DNA from: Thermoplasmatota archaeon
GTDB lineage: Archaea; Thermoplasmatota; Poseidoniia; Poseidoniales; Thalassarchaeaceae
Assembly (NCBI GenBank): GCA_036154155.1
Contig: JAYZLP010000020.1
Location: 13,849 to 77,848 of the forward strand
DNA: 64,000 nt
Reading direction: 5' to 3'
A program made the position numbers and the translations under genes. The notes under the pieces were generated by a model. It made no database searches. It was given only the letters and a program-made list of their open reading frames with translations, and was not told the origin of the DNA. This document shows positions 54,283 to 64,000 of the stretch, one piece after another; position 1 is the first letter of the stretch, and every line of letters begins with the position of its first letter.

Positions 54283-55437
54283 ATGGGAAGCATGCCTCCT
54301 GTCCGGACCGCTCTATTTGAGCAGCATATTGAGTCGGGAGCAAACATCGTCGACTTCCACGGCTTCGAACTACCGATATGGTACACATCGATCCAGGAGG
54401 AGCACCTGGCAACCCGAAACTCTGCCGGGCTTTTCGATGTCTCCCACATGGGATTTTTCCGTTTCCACGGCAGTGGTGTGTTGTCATGGCTACAGTCTGT
54501 TGGCACTCAGGAGTTTTTGAACTTCGCAAGTGGGAGGTGCGGATACACCCATTTCTTGGACCCAAAGGGGAACATTATCGATGACATGATTTTTGGAGTC
54601 AAAGATGATGATGAGATTCTGGGTGTCCCAAATGCATCCATGGTGGAAACCATGTTTGAGTGGTTTTCTTCCCTACTGCCGTCGGACGGATCCATCTCAC
54701 TGGAAGATCTCTCTACTAAGACTAGCATTTTGGCGCTGCAGGGACCCAATTCCGCCAAGATAATTTCCGACACGTTGGGAGAGCAAAACGCCGTTGGAAG
54801 ATTTCGATGCCAAGAGATAGAAGAGAATGATTTCGGAATCACGGGGTGGATCCAGGGTACGGGGTATACGGGGGAGTCCGGGGTGGAGATCTTTGTCCCC
54901 AACGAGCATGCGCCCAAGCTTTGGTCGGCCTTGCTTGAAATCGGCTCAGAAAATGGGATTGTCCCGGTTGGGCTAGGTGCTCGTGACACTCTGAGGTTGG
55001 AGATGGGATACCTCCTTTCGGGCCAGGACTTCCTCTGGCCAGGTCTTGGAGAAGCCCCAGATTTTGGACTTCCGGAGGATTTCCTTGCCAGGAACACCGT
55101 CGAGACCGCCGTCCCCTTCGGATTAAGCATGGACCATGATTTCATTGGCCGAGACAGCCTCGTCTCTTCCTTAGAGGGCAATGATCGTTGGCATGCACTA
55201 TTATGTCAGGAGAGGGGCCCATCTCCTAGGCCCGGACACAGTGTGCTGGACGGGCCTAAAGAGGACGCTCAGTTGATTGGTTATGTGACTAGTGGAGCGC
55301 CTTCACCTTCAATGGGGGGTACGGGAATCGCCATGGCCTATGTTACTGGAATGGTCGTGGGTGACGACGTTTGGATTCAAGCAAGTCGTAGGCGTAGAGT
55401 TAGGGCTAAGATAGTAAGGCCACCTTTCATACGATGA
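54283..55437 (+). CDS. gcvT: Glycine cleavage system T protein (aminomethyltransferase)
   Basis: LFEQHIESGANIVDFHGFELPIWY, GLFDVSHMG, folate-binding domain. Confidence 0.85.
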   Translation: MGSMPPVRTALFEQHIESGANIVDFHGFELPIWYTSIQEEHLATRNSAGLFDVSHMGFFRFHGSGVLSWLQSVGTQEFLNFASGRCGYTHFLDPKGNIIDDMIFGVKDDDEILGVPNASMVETMFEWFSSLLPSDGSISLEDLSTKTSILALQGPNSAKIISDTLGEQNAVGRFRCQEIEENDFGITGWIQGTGYTGESGVEIFVPNEHAPKLWSALLEIGSENGIVPVGLGARDTLRLEMGYLLSGQDFLWPGLGEAPDFGLPEDFLARNTVETAVPFGLSMDHDFIGRDSLVSSLEGNDRWHALLCQERGPSPRPGHSVLDGPKEDAQLIGYVTSGAPSPSMGGTGIAMAYVTGMVVGDDVWIQASRRRRVRAKIVRPPFIR

Positions 55438-55488
55438 CGGCCTCAGAACGTATAATTCGCATGTTGCCGTGACAAACCTCATTGCTGA

Positions 55489-57645
55489 ATGTCTCCCGTC
55501 TTGGCCCGAGGCATTCGCGTGAGCGCTGGATTAGAAGCGGTGGCCATAAAGAACCTCCAGACCCTATTTGTTTCAAGGGGGGTCTCAGCAGAGTCTCTAT
55601 TTTCGAAATACGATATTGATGGCGATGGGTCATTGAGCCTAGATGAGTTCTCGGCGGCCCTAACTTCCATCACTGGGCAGTCAGCACCCCAAGCAATTGT
55701 GAGGGCAATTGTGAGCGCCCTTGACTCAGATGGTGACGGTTCCCTGAGCCTCTCAGAAGTAATCTCTCTAGTCGAGTCAAACACGGATGAGGAATACTCA
55801 GAGGGTTCCGGAATCACCGTCAGCGATCACCCCAACCCCCTATACAATGGTGAGTATATTCCGCAGCATGAAGTCAATGGGAAGCCTTCGTTCAGGAATT
55901 CTGAAGGAGCCGTTCTTTACTATTACAACGCCGGCTCCGGGGGTGCTCCCTCATGGAGCCTAGATGACAGGGACCAGGATGGTAGCAATGACTGGTACAG
56001 AGGTGGCTGGACACGCGTCCCGAGCTCCGGTGGATTACCCCTCGGTCATAGGAGGTGGGTAGGTGTCGGAAAGATCACCATCAGCTCCATCTCAGACCCA
56101 AGTGAACCAGGGCCAAGTGCGTCGGAGGAAAGTGCGTCAGAACCAATTTCACCGCAAGATCAGGCAGTAAGCAACACGGAGATTATTCTCTCGAAGGCGA
56201 CCTTTTCAAGCTTGGAAGAAATCACCTTCCACTTCAGGGTCCCTCAGTTACCTGGAGACGCATGGATCGGGATTATTCCCTCTGGAATCCCCCATGGGGA
56301 TGAGGCGGTCAATGATATGCACGATACCAGTTTCGTGCATCTCCATGGGGAGACGACGGGCGAGGTTAGCCTTCCCAACCCGGGGCCTGGCGAATGGACG
56401 CTGAGGTTGCATGATACGGATAACAACGGTAACGAGATGGCATATGTTGCATTCACCGTTAGTGGCATCGAAACCGATCCCCGCCCTTCCATCACCGTCG
56501 TCGGTGGCGACAGTGTGCCTATCGATGGCCCGCTAGAGATTTCCTTCACGGGAGCAGATGAAAATACTGCCTGGGTGGGAATTTATGGAGAGGGGGGCGC
56601 ACATGAGAATCACAATGGTTGGTGGAAGTATCTTAATGGCGAGCAAACACCACCCAGTGCTCCGATATCCGAAGGCAACATTACTTTCCAACCATCCGAA
56701 AGAAGATCGGAAAACATTGGCATGTACCAAGCGAGACTGTTCGCGAACAACGGCTACGAAATGATCGCCCAATCCCGGTTCGAGTTCGTAGAGGAGATCA
56801 CACTGGACAGCGTCACCGGCCAGTTCTCCGACATCCTCGCTTCGATTGATCCCCAGTCAAGCAGCATCGAGGCGATAGAGGCGGGGAGAGTCCTGGCGGA
56901 CGCTAGAATAGAGCGGAAGATATCCAGACTCCCCTTTTCACTGCAATCACCGGCAAGAAGAATCTGGGATGCAAGAGCGGATGCCTACCAAGCAACGATG
57001 GTCGCAAACCTCCCTCCTCCCGAGACAGTAGCAGCTGGAGTTGCCGCGGCAGGAATAGCGGCCGCGGCCCTTTCGTCCGCCACAAGGGAGACAGCTCCTT
57101 CCCATGGGGGCGATACCGATGACGATGCAGTAGTCTCAGATGATTTGCCTGGTGAGCAGGAAGAAACCATTGCCCCCACTGAAGCAGAACGTATCCAAGC
57201 CGCAGCGCTTGAGCAAGCCCGCGCCCAAGTCGCCGCAACAACCCCCTCTGCAACTTCGCCACCTGAAGCAACATCGGAACCTGCTACAGGGGCCACCGAT
57301 CAAGACCCATTCTCTGAAGTGGTTAGGTCATTCTCTGAGGCGAGATTATTGTCCGATCAGAAACGCCTCGTTGAAACTCATGGGGGCGCTTGGTTCGAGG
57401 TTTCACTCAAAGTGCTGTCCGTGGAGAAGACCTTCGGGATTGGGCTTCCGGAGGGATACAGGGGAGGTAGCACGTTGATTGCTGAAGTTTCCCCCGTTGG
57501 AAACCCCTCATTCTCCTGCGAGTCCGAGATCAGGCTCCCATCTTCTGCTGATTCGGGCACCTACAAAGCAGGACATGAGGGAGTCATGAGGGTCTCCGTA
57601 CAGGGATGGAACTCCATTCGAAAGAGAGTCATATTGGCCTCTTAG
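55489..57645 (+). CDS. Large hypothetical protein with two N-terminal EF-hand-like Ca-binding loops and two internal beta-rich repeat modules
   Basis: DIDGDGSLSLDEF and DSDGDGSLSLSEV; repeats DAWIGIIPSG..WTLRLHD..AYVAFTV and TAWVGIYGEG..YQARLF..SRFEFV; hydrophobic segment near residue 500. Confidence 0.5.
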   Translation: MSPVLARGIRVSAGLEAVAIKNLQTLFVSRGVSAESLFSKYDIDGDGSLSLDEFSAALTSITGQSAPQAIVRAIVSALDSDGDGSLSLSEVISLVESNTDEEYSEGSGITVSDHPNPLYNGEYIPQHEVNGKPSFRNSEGAVLYYYNAGSGGAPSWSLDDRDQDGSNDWYRGGWTRVPSSGGLPLGHRRWVGVGKITISSISDPSEPGPSASEESASEPISPQDQAVSNTEIILSKATFSSLEEITFHFRVPQLPGDAWIGIIPSGIPHGDEAVNDMHDTSFVHLHGETTGEVSLPNPGPGEWTLRLHDTDNNGNEMAYVAFTVSGIETDPRPSITVVGGDSVPIDGPLEISFTGADENTAWVGIYGEGGAHENHNGWWKYLNGEQTPPSAPISEGNITFQPSERRSENIGMYQARLFANNGYEMIAQSRFEFVEEITLDSVTGQFSDILASIDPQSSSIEAIEAGRVLADARIERKISRLPFSLQSPARRIWDARADAYQATMVANLPPPETVAAGVAAAGIAAAALSSATRETAPSHGGDTDDDAVVSDDLPGEQEETIAPTEAERIQAAALEQARAQVAATTPSATSPPEATSEPATGATDQDPFSEVVRSFSEARLLSDQKRLVETHGGAWFEVSLKVLSVEKTFGIGLPEGYRGGSTLIAEVSPVGNPSFSCESEIRLPSSADSGTYKAGHEGVMRVSVQGWNSIRKRVILAS

Positions 57646-58487
57646 AGATTAGCGACCTCAAAGGCCTCCTCAATCATTTCCTCGAGGCTTATTTGGGGCC
57701 TAAAGCCGCATCTGTGTTCCAGATACCAAGCATCTACAATTCCCCACACTTCAGCTTCCGAATTCTGATTCAGTTCTGCAGTGGCCCCAGTTCTCTGATT
57801 GTAGATTTCAGACAAGTCGTTCATTGTTACGCCCTTGCCAGAGCCCACTGCGAAACTCTCTCTCGTGAGTGGCGGATCCTGCAAAACAGTTTCAATGACC
57901 CGAACTAAGTCCTCCACGTGAATGAAATCTTTGACATCCTCGCCCGAACCGGGAACGTTGACCCATCCCATCTGACTTTCGACAGCCCACCTGTGCAGTA
58001 TCCCATTTCCAGGGGGCCCATCAAGAGGGACGCCCTGAACGTTAGATGCCCTGATCACACTAACTGGCCTGCCTGCCTCGGCTCTTTCTAGGGCGTTTTC
58101 TTCAATCCACAGCTGTCCCTCTGCAGCAGTGTCCCTTGGAGAGAGGGTGGATTCAGGTCCATAGTAGTCGTCACCAGGATACCACTGTGGGTGAACCCTA
58201 AGCGTCCCCAGAATGATCAAGTGCAGCTCTCCATGCCTATCTACGGCATCCAATACAGGTCTTGCAGCCTCCCTCATGACTATCTTCGCCTCCCTCTCGT
58301 TTCGAGCTACTGACGTGTCTAAAGGGCGCGAATTGATGTGTATCAGGGCCGTACATGGAGTAAGCAGCACATCTATCGAAGTCTGGTCCTCTAGGGCCTC
58401 ATCTGGAATGACCACTGCCCTGTCTCCAAGCGCTTCCACTATGTAGGGGGCCACGAATGAATCCGATGCAGTAATGGCGACTCTCAT
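57642..58487 (-). CDS. NAD(P)-binding epimerase/dehydratase-like (SDR-related) protein
   Basis: Rossmann-like N-terminus (MRVAITASDSFVAPYIVEAL) and overall length; weak. Confidence 0.45.
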   Translation of the reverse strand: MRVAITASDSFVAPYIVEALGDRAVVIPDEALEDQTSIDVLLTPCTALIHINSRPLDTSVARNEREAKIVMREAARPVLDAVDRHGELHLIILGTLRVHPQWYPGDDYYGPESTLSPRDTAAEGQLWIEENALERAEAGRPVSVIRASNVQGVPLDGPPGNGILHRWAVESQMGWVNVPGSGEDVKDFIHVEDLVRVIETVLQDPPLTRESFAVGSGKGVTMNDLSEIYNQRTGATAELNQNSEAEVWGIVDAWYLEHRCGFRPQISLEEMIEEAFEVANL

Positions 58488-58611
58488 GCTAGCATGTGGC
58501 TCTCTCTCCGAAGCAATAAGAGTGTGTCGGTGGAATGTTAGTCAATTTGCAGCCTCTCGACCGAAGAAAATCATATACTCTCTCGACGGCCATTCATCCC
58601 GAGGGCGCAGG

Positions 58612-59979
58612 ATGGACCAACTTCCAAACCTTGGCAGGGAGCAGGAAATGCTCGAGGAGATGGGCCTAAAGTCGATGGATGATTTGTTTTCTGATATCCC
58701 CGAGGGAGTCAGGAGGAATGAGCCTCTTCCACTTCGTGGACCACAGTCCGAGGAAGAGATATGGGCGGATGCTCAGCATTTGCTAGGTGCTAACGTGGAT
58801 CTAGACTCCCGCCCATCATTCTTGGCAGCTGGTCTGGCTCGAAATTTCGTCCCCACCATGGTTCCGATGATAGCCACAAGGGGCGAATTTCTTACTTCCT
58901 ACACCCCTTACCAGCCCGAGGTCAGCCAGGGGATGCTACAAGCCATGTGGGAATTTCAGACAATGGTTTCCGAATTAGTTGGACTGCCTGTGTCCAACGT
59001 ATCAATGTACGATGCCAGTACCGCTGCAGCCGAAGCCATCACGTGCGCCGTAAGGGCGAAGGGCAGGAAAGCCACTCAGAAGGGAGTCGTCTACGTCTCC
59101 CAATTTGTCCCTCCCCATCGCCTTTCTGTAATCAGAAATTATACTCAAGGCGGCGGAATTGAATTACGTGTTCTGAGACATGGTTCAGATGGGTGCGTTG
59201 ATCTTGAACATGCCACCTCTGCTGTTGGGGCATGTGCAGTATATGTGGAGCAACCTAACGCATTCGGCGAGCTCGATGAAGGAATAGCGAAACTGAAAGG
59301 AATCCTCGGCGAAAATACTGCCCTCATCGTGGGCGTCGATGCGGTTTCCTTGGGAATCGTCGAGGCTCCGGGCAATTATGGGGCCGACATCGTCGTGGGC
59401 GAGGGCCAACCATTTGGGATTGGCCCGACTGCAGGGGGTCCGATTTACGGTCTGTTCGCCTGCCAGAAGGAGTTTCTTCGTTTGATGCCAGGCCGTATTG
59501 TCGGAAAGACTCTAGATGAGGATGGACTTGATGCTTTCACACTCACCCTTTCCACTCGGGAGCAACATATTCGCCGCCACCGTGCGACATCTAATATCTG
59601 TTCCAACGAGACACTCATAGCTTTGATGGGGGCCATGCACATGGCACTCCTGGGTCCTGAGGGATTGCAGAGGCTGGCGCTTCGAGTGGCCTCTACCACC
59701 GAAGCTACCAAGCAAGCAATTTGTGAGTTGCCTGGGGTCGACCTGATAAATCCCGAATCTGCCAATTTCCGAGAATTCGCAGTTAAACTCCCAGGCGAAG
59801 CAGCCGATGCAGTAGCCCACATGGATAGGGATGGAGTGCTTGGCGGTTTCCCGCTTGGCGAGTGGTGGGATTCCATGTCGGATTGCCTCCTAATAGGGTG
59901 CGACGAGCGTACAAGCGATTCAGACATTGAGGCACTAGCCTCCTCAATGATGTCTTGGATCAAGGGGGTAGTGGAATGA
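58612..59979 (+). CDS. gcvPA: Glycine dehydrogenase (decarboxylating) subunit 1
   Basis: MDQLPNLGREQEMLEEMGL..DDLFSDIP N-terminus and a PLP-fold; start trimmed from the upstream in-frame ORF. Confidence 0.85.
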   Translation: MDQLPNLGREQEMLEEMGLKSMDDLFSDIPEGVRRNEPLPLRGPQSEEEIWADAQHLLGANVDLDSRPSFLAAGLARNFVPTMVPMIATRGEFLTSYTPYQPEVSQGMLQAMWEFQTMVSELVGLPVSNVSMYDASTAAAEAITCAVRAKGRKATQKGVVYVSQFVPPHRLSVIRNYTQGGGIELRVLRHGSDGCVDLEHATSAVGACAVYVEQPNAFGELDEGIAKLKGILGENTALIVGVDAVSLGIVEAPGNYGADIVVGEGQPFGIGPTAGGPIYGLFACQKEFLRLMPGRIVGKTLDEDGLDAFTLTLSTREQHIRRHRATSNICSNETLIALMGAMHMALLGPEGLQRLALRVASTTEATKQAICELPGVDLINPESANFREFAVKLPGEAADAVAHMDRDGVLGGFPLGEWWDSMSDCLLIGCDERTSDSDIEALASSMMSWIKGVVE

Positions 59980-61478
59980 GTGACATCTTTGAGTTCAATG
60001 GTGCTGAAGGTACTGGTTGGTCCCAGCCTGAGCCCATAATGGAAGGTGCGGCTGAGACGGTCCCTAAATCCCTGGCTAGGGTTAGATTACCGCAGTGGCC
60101 ACGAGCAAGCGAGCCCGAGTTAGTCCGTCACTACACATGGCTCTCCCAGAGAAATTTCGGTATCGATACGGGATTCTACCCCCTTGGTTCCTGTACTATG
60201 AAGCATAACCCCCGAATCAATGAGCGAATTGTACAGCTGCCAGGAATAGACAGGATTCACCCTCTACAGCCTGAGCACCAAATCCAAGGCCTGCTTTCCA
60301 TATTCTTTGAGATGCAGGAAATGCTAGAGATTTGTTCGGGCATGGATCAAGTGACCTTGCAACCGGTCGCCGGTGCACAGGGAGAATTCGCAGCTATTAG
60401 GTGCATTCAGGAGTATCACAGAGAAAACGGAGAAAGCCATCGAGACAAGGTAATCGTCCCGGATTCTGCTCACGGGACAAACCCAGCATCCGCTGCCATG
60501 TGCGGGTACGAAATTATTGAGATTCCTAGCGGTGATGACGGAAGGCTCGACCTCGATGCACTAACAGCTGCTGTAGGGGAGGATACAGCTGCTATGATGA
60601 TCACCAATCCTAGCACCCTGGGTATCTTCGAGCCCGACATAGCTAGGGCAGCAGAAATTGTCCATGAGGTAGGCGGACAGATGTACTATGACGGCGCCAA
60701 CTTCAATGCTATTCTAGGGAAGACTGATCCTGGGAGGATGGGGTTTGATGCTGTTCATTACAACCTACATAAGACATTCAGCCAACCTCATGGTGGCGGA
60801 GGTCCAGGAAGCGGGCCAATAGGCGTTAAATCACATCTCGCAGACTTCCTTCCCGCCCCATTAGCTGATCGCGAACAAGCAGATGGTGACGGGGCCACAG
60901 GCGATGGATACCGATATTTCTGGAGGACTCCGGAGAAGTCGATTGGAAAGGTGCAGCAGTGGCATGGAAATGCTGGTGCAGTCGTTAGGGCATGGGCCTT
61001 CTACCGACGCTATGGTCGCGAATTAGAGCTAATGAGCGAGCATGCAGTACTCAATGCCAATTACCTTCGTCATAGGATACTGAATCCGGACCCTGAATCT
61101 CGTAATCTTGATGAGATTCATGCCATGCCTGTTGACGGCGCTCCGGCGGATATCGTCAAACACGAATTCACATTGAGCATGAGTCCTCTCAAGGATTCAA
61201 CGGGCGTCACTGGAAAGGATGTTGCAAAGCGATTACTGGACTATGGTTACATGTCCCCCACTCTGTACTTCCCGATGATCGTACCTGAATGTCTGATGAT
61301 TGAGCCAACAGAAACAGAGAGTCGCGAGGTCCTCGATAAGTTCGCAAATGATTTCCTAGACATTTTGGGCGAGGATCCTCAGATTGTGTCAACTGCACCC
61401 CACAATACCGACGTGAGGCGCGTCGATGAGGTTCAAGCCGCACGCAATCTTGTATTACGCCACCCCTGTCGAGATTGA
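59976..61478 (+). CDS. gcvPB: Glycine dehydrogenase (decarboxylating) subunit 2
   Basis: PLGSCTMKHNP, HYNLHKTFSQPHGGGGPG (PLP lysine region); ATGA start/stop overlap with gcvPA. Confidence 0.85.
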   Translation: MSDIFEFNGAEGTGWSQPEPIMEGAAETVPKSLARVRLPQWPRASEPELVRHYTWLSQRNFGIDTGFYPLGSCTMKHNPRINERIVQLPGIDRIHPLQPEHQIQGLLSIFFEMQEMLEICSGMDQVTLQPVAGAQGEFAAIRCIQEYHRENGESHRDKVIVPDSAHGTNPASAAMCGYEIIEIPSGDDGRLDLDALTAAVGEDTAAMMITNPSTLGIFEPDIARAAEIVHEVGGQMYYDGANFNAILGKTDPGRMGFDAVHYNLHKTFSQPHGGGGPGSGPIGVKSHLADFLPAPLADREQADGDGATGDGYRYFWRTPEKSIGKVQQWHGNAGAVVRAWAFYRRYGRELELMSEHAVLNANYLRHRILNPDPESRNLDEIHAMPVDGAPADIVKHEFTLSMSPLKDSTGVTGKDVAKRLLDYGYMSPTLYFPMIVPECLMIEPTETESREVLDKFANDFLDILGEDPQIVSTAPHNTDVRRVDEVQAARNLVLRHPCRD

Positions 61479-61523
61479 GCAAATCGCCGAAGGCGATAAT
61501 GCCAAGTCCCCCCTCCGGGGCCC

Positions 61524-62375
61524 ATGGAGGCCTCCGAAGACAGATTCTGGCTTTTGGGACACCCCTCTTGGTGGAAACTCGAGGAGGGAGAAATTCCCCC
61601 GTCACTTAGGAGTGGCGAACTGCCCCTTCCCGAAGCATGGGGGGATGTTGGCCCCGACAAGACCGGCTGGTCGAGACAAAGACTCAGGCCTCTTGCATGG
61701 GGCCTTTTGAAACCCTCTGCATGGGCCCCCTTCTTTCTGATTGCCAGCTCTTTCCCCCTGGCTTTCCCCGGCAAGACTCCGGATGACCAGGCACTGGCCT
61801 CGGTTTTATTCCTAGTTTCATGGAGCCTTTTGCTAGTCCCCCAATTGCTCGAGAGAAATTCCCAGCCATCATCAGGAGGGGGGGTCCTTTCCCTCCCCAT
61901 AGATTGGAAACTCCTTCTGGTTGGAATTGTCATTTTCCCGTTCCATATTGAAATAGATCCGAGGATTGGATGGATTTCATTCTCGTTTTTCATAGCATCA
62001 ATGATTAGATCTATAGTAATGGTGTCCGATTCCTTCGCAATTCCACCTTCCCGACTCGTTATCCCGATCGATACTGGGGCATTGAACGAGATCACCATCG
62101 ATGGCCGGTGGAATGTGTTGTCTGATAGGTGGCACAGAGGTCCAATAGCCACTTTTGAAACAGAGAATGGATCGCTCATGATAAGCGGGAATAGCCGTTC
62201 CGGTTTTGACTTCGTTTCATTGGCGTACAGGCACCACACAGGATTTGTTCAGGATTGCTTCTTTGAGGGCCATCCAGAATCTGAAACTCTGTCTGAAATA
62301 TTATCCTCCCCGCCCATTCAATTTGAAGTGGCGGAATGGCCAAGCTCATTCATTCTCCCACTGCTGGAAGAGTAG
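61524..62375 (+). CDS. Hypothetical Trp-rich membrane protein
   Basis: Several hydrophobic helices; the antisense ORF 61433..62239 is Ser/Arg-rich and low complexity, so this strand is preferred. Confidence 0.4.
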   Translation: MEASEDRFWLLGHPSWWKLEEGEIPPSLRSGELPLPEAWGDVGPDKTGWSRQRLRPLAWGLLKPSAWAPFFLIASSFPLAFPGKTPDDQALASVLFLVSWSLLLVPQLLERNSQPSSGGGVLSLPIDWKLLLVGIVIFPFHIEIDPRIGWISFSFFIASMIRSIVMVSDSFAIPPSRLVIPIDTGALNEITIDGRWNVLSDRWHRGPIATFETENGSLMISGNSRSGFDFVSLAYRHHTGFVQDCFFEGHPESETLSEILSSPPIQFEVAEWPSSFILPLLEE

Positions 62376-62412
62376 TTTCAGACGGCAGGCATTTGAACCT
62401 CCTTCCTTCCCG

Positions 62413-62892
62413 ATGTGCATGGACATATGCGTCGTACTGGGTTCCAAGTCAGACATGCCAGTGGCCGAGAAGTGTAAAACCGTGCTGGACATGTTCAATG
62501 TCTCATACGAAATCAGAGTTGCCTCAGCCCATAGGGCTCCTAAGTATCTCGAAGGGATCATCGAGTCAGCCGAACAGTCGGGATGCAAGGTTTTCATTGG
62601 TATGGCTGGTGTTGCAGCCGCACTTCCTGGTGTAATTGCATCCATGACTACCATGCCCGTGATAGGAGTTCCAGTCGGTGGCAAAGTCCCACTCGACTCC
62701 CTATTGTCCATTGTCCAGATGCCTCCTGGGATGCCCGTGGCAACAGTCGGGGTCGACAGGGGCGACAACGCTGGCGCCCTAGCAGTCCAGATTCTTGCTA
62801 CGACCAACAATGAACTCGCTTCAGCATACTCAGATTATCGTTCGGCAATGACTGCCAAGGTAATCGCAGATGACGAGTCAATCCAGGGGTGA
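62413..62892 (+). CDS. purE: N5-carboxyaminoimidazole ribonucleotide mutase
   Basis: [45 protein letters not shown]. Confidence 0.85.
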   Translation: MCMDICVVLGSKSDMPVAEKCKTVLDMFNVSYEIRVASAHRAPKYLEGIIESAEQSGCKVFIGMAGVAAALPGVIASMTTMPVIGVPVGGKVPLDSLLSIVQMPPGMPVATVGVDRGDNAGALAVQILATTNNELASAYSDYRSAMTAKVIADDESIQG

Positions 62893-63845
62893 CCCATTTG
62901 ATGAATACCCAAATGCTGGTCGATGAGGCAGTAGAGACACTTCAATCTCAAATCGACGATACGGCCATTATCGCTTGTTCGGGTGGTATAGACAGCACAG
63001 TGGCCGCCGTACTCGCTCACCGTGCTGTGGGAAGCCTACTGCATTGCGTCTATGTCGACACCGGATTCATGCGTAAGCATGAGACTGAGGAGGTCTCAGA
63101 AATGTTTTCCGAAATGGGAATCAAGCTGAAGGTGGTCGACGCTTCTGAACGCTTCTTCTCTAATTTGGAAGGAGTCACCGATCCAGAGCATAAGCGTAAG
63201 GTGATAGGCGAGCAATTCATTCGGGTCTTCGAGGAAGAGCAGTCCTCTTGTGGGGCCAAGTATCTGGTTCAAGGGACCATAGCACCTGATTGGATAGAGT
63301 CGGGTGGAGGGGAGAGAGACGTAATCAAGAGCCATCACAATGTTGGGGGCCTCCCGGAGGACGTCGATCTAGTGATCGTAGAGCCGCTACACGAGTTCTA
63401 CAAGGATGAAGTAAGGTCGATAGCCAGAGAGTTGGGAATAAAGTCCAGTGAAAGACAGCCGTTCCCCGGTCCAGGCCTAGCAGTACGAGTCCTGGGGGAA
63501 CTAACCCCCGAGAGGGTAGAGGCCTGCAGAGAGGCCTGCCACATTGTCGAGAAGCGTCTTAATGAGGCTGCAGGGGACGGCAAATGCGACCTCCCTTGGC
63601 AATACTTCGCCGCCCTATTGCCAGTTAGGAGTGTGGGCGTGCACGGAGATGCACGTGTTCATGGGGAGACAGTGGTCGTCCGAGCCGTAACCAGTCTCGA
63701 TGGAATGAGTGCAAAGTACTCCCCCATTCCGCACGATGTACTGTCCTCAATTAGCACTGAAATTACAAACACTCTGAAGGGCCACGTAAACCGCGTTGTA
63801 TACGATATTACCCACAAACCACCGGGCACAATAGAGTGGGAATGA
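62889..63845 (+). CDS. guaA: GMP synthase subunit B (ATP pyrophosphatase domain)
   Basis: PP-loop [10 protein letters not shown]; C-terminal dimerisation domain ending in GTIEWE. Confidence 0.85.
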   Translation: MTHLMNTQMLVDEAVETLQSQIDDTAIIACSGGIDSTVAAVLAHRAVGSLLHCVYVDTGFMRKHETEEVSEMFSEMGIKLKVVDASERFFSNLEGVTDPEHKRKVIGEQFIRVFEEEQSSCGAKYLVQGTIAPDWIESGGGERDVIKSHHNVGGLPEDVDLVIVEPLHEFYKDEVRSIARELGIKSSERQPFPGPGLAVRVLGELTPERVEACREACHIVEKRLNEAAGDGKCDLPWQYFAALLPVRSVGVHGDARVHGETVVVRAVTSLDGMSAKYSPIPHDVLSSISTEITNTLKGHVNRVVYDITHKPPGTIEWE

Positions 63846-63887
63846 TTCCGATTCATTGATGAATGGGTGAACCAGCGGGCGACTAAG

Positions 63888-63963
63888 GCCGACATAGCTT
63901 AGTTGGTGGAGCGGTGGACTGTTAATCCACAGGTCGCAGGTTCAAGTCCTGCTGTCGGCGCCA
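63888..63963 (+). tRNA. tRNA-Asn (anticodon GTT), CCA encoded
   Basis: gccgaca-ta-gctt-agttggtgga-gagc-g-gtgga-ctGTTaa-tccac-aggtc-gcagg-ttcaagt-cctgc-tgtcggc-g-cca. Confidence 0.8.
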
Positions 63964-64000
63964 TCAATCCCTTCGTGCGAATGCCGCTATGGAGAGAACC

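Noticed and set aside
54177-54506. 109-aa minus-strand ORF
   Set aside because: Overlaps the gcvT start on the opposite strand. The region upstream of 54283 is better explained as the TFB/gcvT divergent promoter.
61433-62239. 268-aa minus-strand ORF
   Set aside because: Ser/Arg/Gly-rich and antisense to a hydrophobic plus-strand ORF. Neither is strongly supported, but the membrane-protein reading is more gene-like.

Overview
This 64 kb window looks like an archaeal chromosome segment, assigned from gene content alone. Supporting genes: TFB, PolD small subunit DP1, aIF2-alpha, Nop10, ribosomal proteins L44e, S27e and L37e, Nob1, a PbaB-like proteasome chaperone and SAMP-like GG proteins. GC is about 55-58% by eye. 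Gene content fits an aerobic heterotroph of the Thermoplasmatota / Marine Group II type: ETF alpha/beta, three acyl-CoA dehydrogenases, HMG-CoA synthase, the glycine cleavage system, peptidase E, a proline-utilisation pair, and secreted surface proteins. Most of the window is densely packed core metabolism and information processing with short intergenic spacers. I found eight tRNA genes, all with encoded CCA: Val-CAC, Ser-CGA, Val-TAC, Glu-TTC, Thr-TGT, Ala-TGC, Asn-GTT. One ribosomal protein gene (S27e) has a GTG start that the ORF track missed. I saw no CRISPR array, rRNA gene or obvious IS element. The most unusual region is an 8.8 kb block at 44.1-52.9 kb, flanked by pheS and tRNA-Ala, that encodes only secreted or membrane-anchored proteins. 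It holds a YHYH-domain protein with a perfect 90-bp tandem repeat, two SCO1/SenC paralogs with Cys/His-rich and Asp-rich insertions, two LVIVD-repeat beta-propellers, and two small C-terminally anchored proteins whose predicted mature N-terminus is a histidine. I read this as a candidate extracytoplasmic copper-handling and surface system that has not been described as such. Other points of interest are listed under findings: a PiT phosphate transporter fused to a PhoU/DUF47 domain beside an AbrB-PhoU regulator; an orphan 614-aa Cas4/RecB-like Fe-S nuclease next to a radical-SAM protein; a bacterial-type class II CCA/poly(A) nucleotidyltransferase in an archaeal context; a GcvH paralog with an acidic insertion; and a 718-aa EF-hand protein inserted in the gcv locus.
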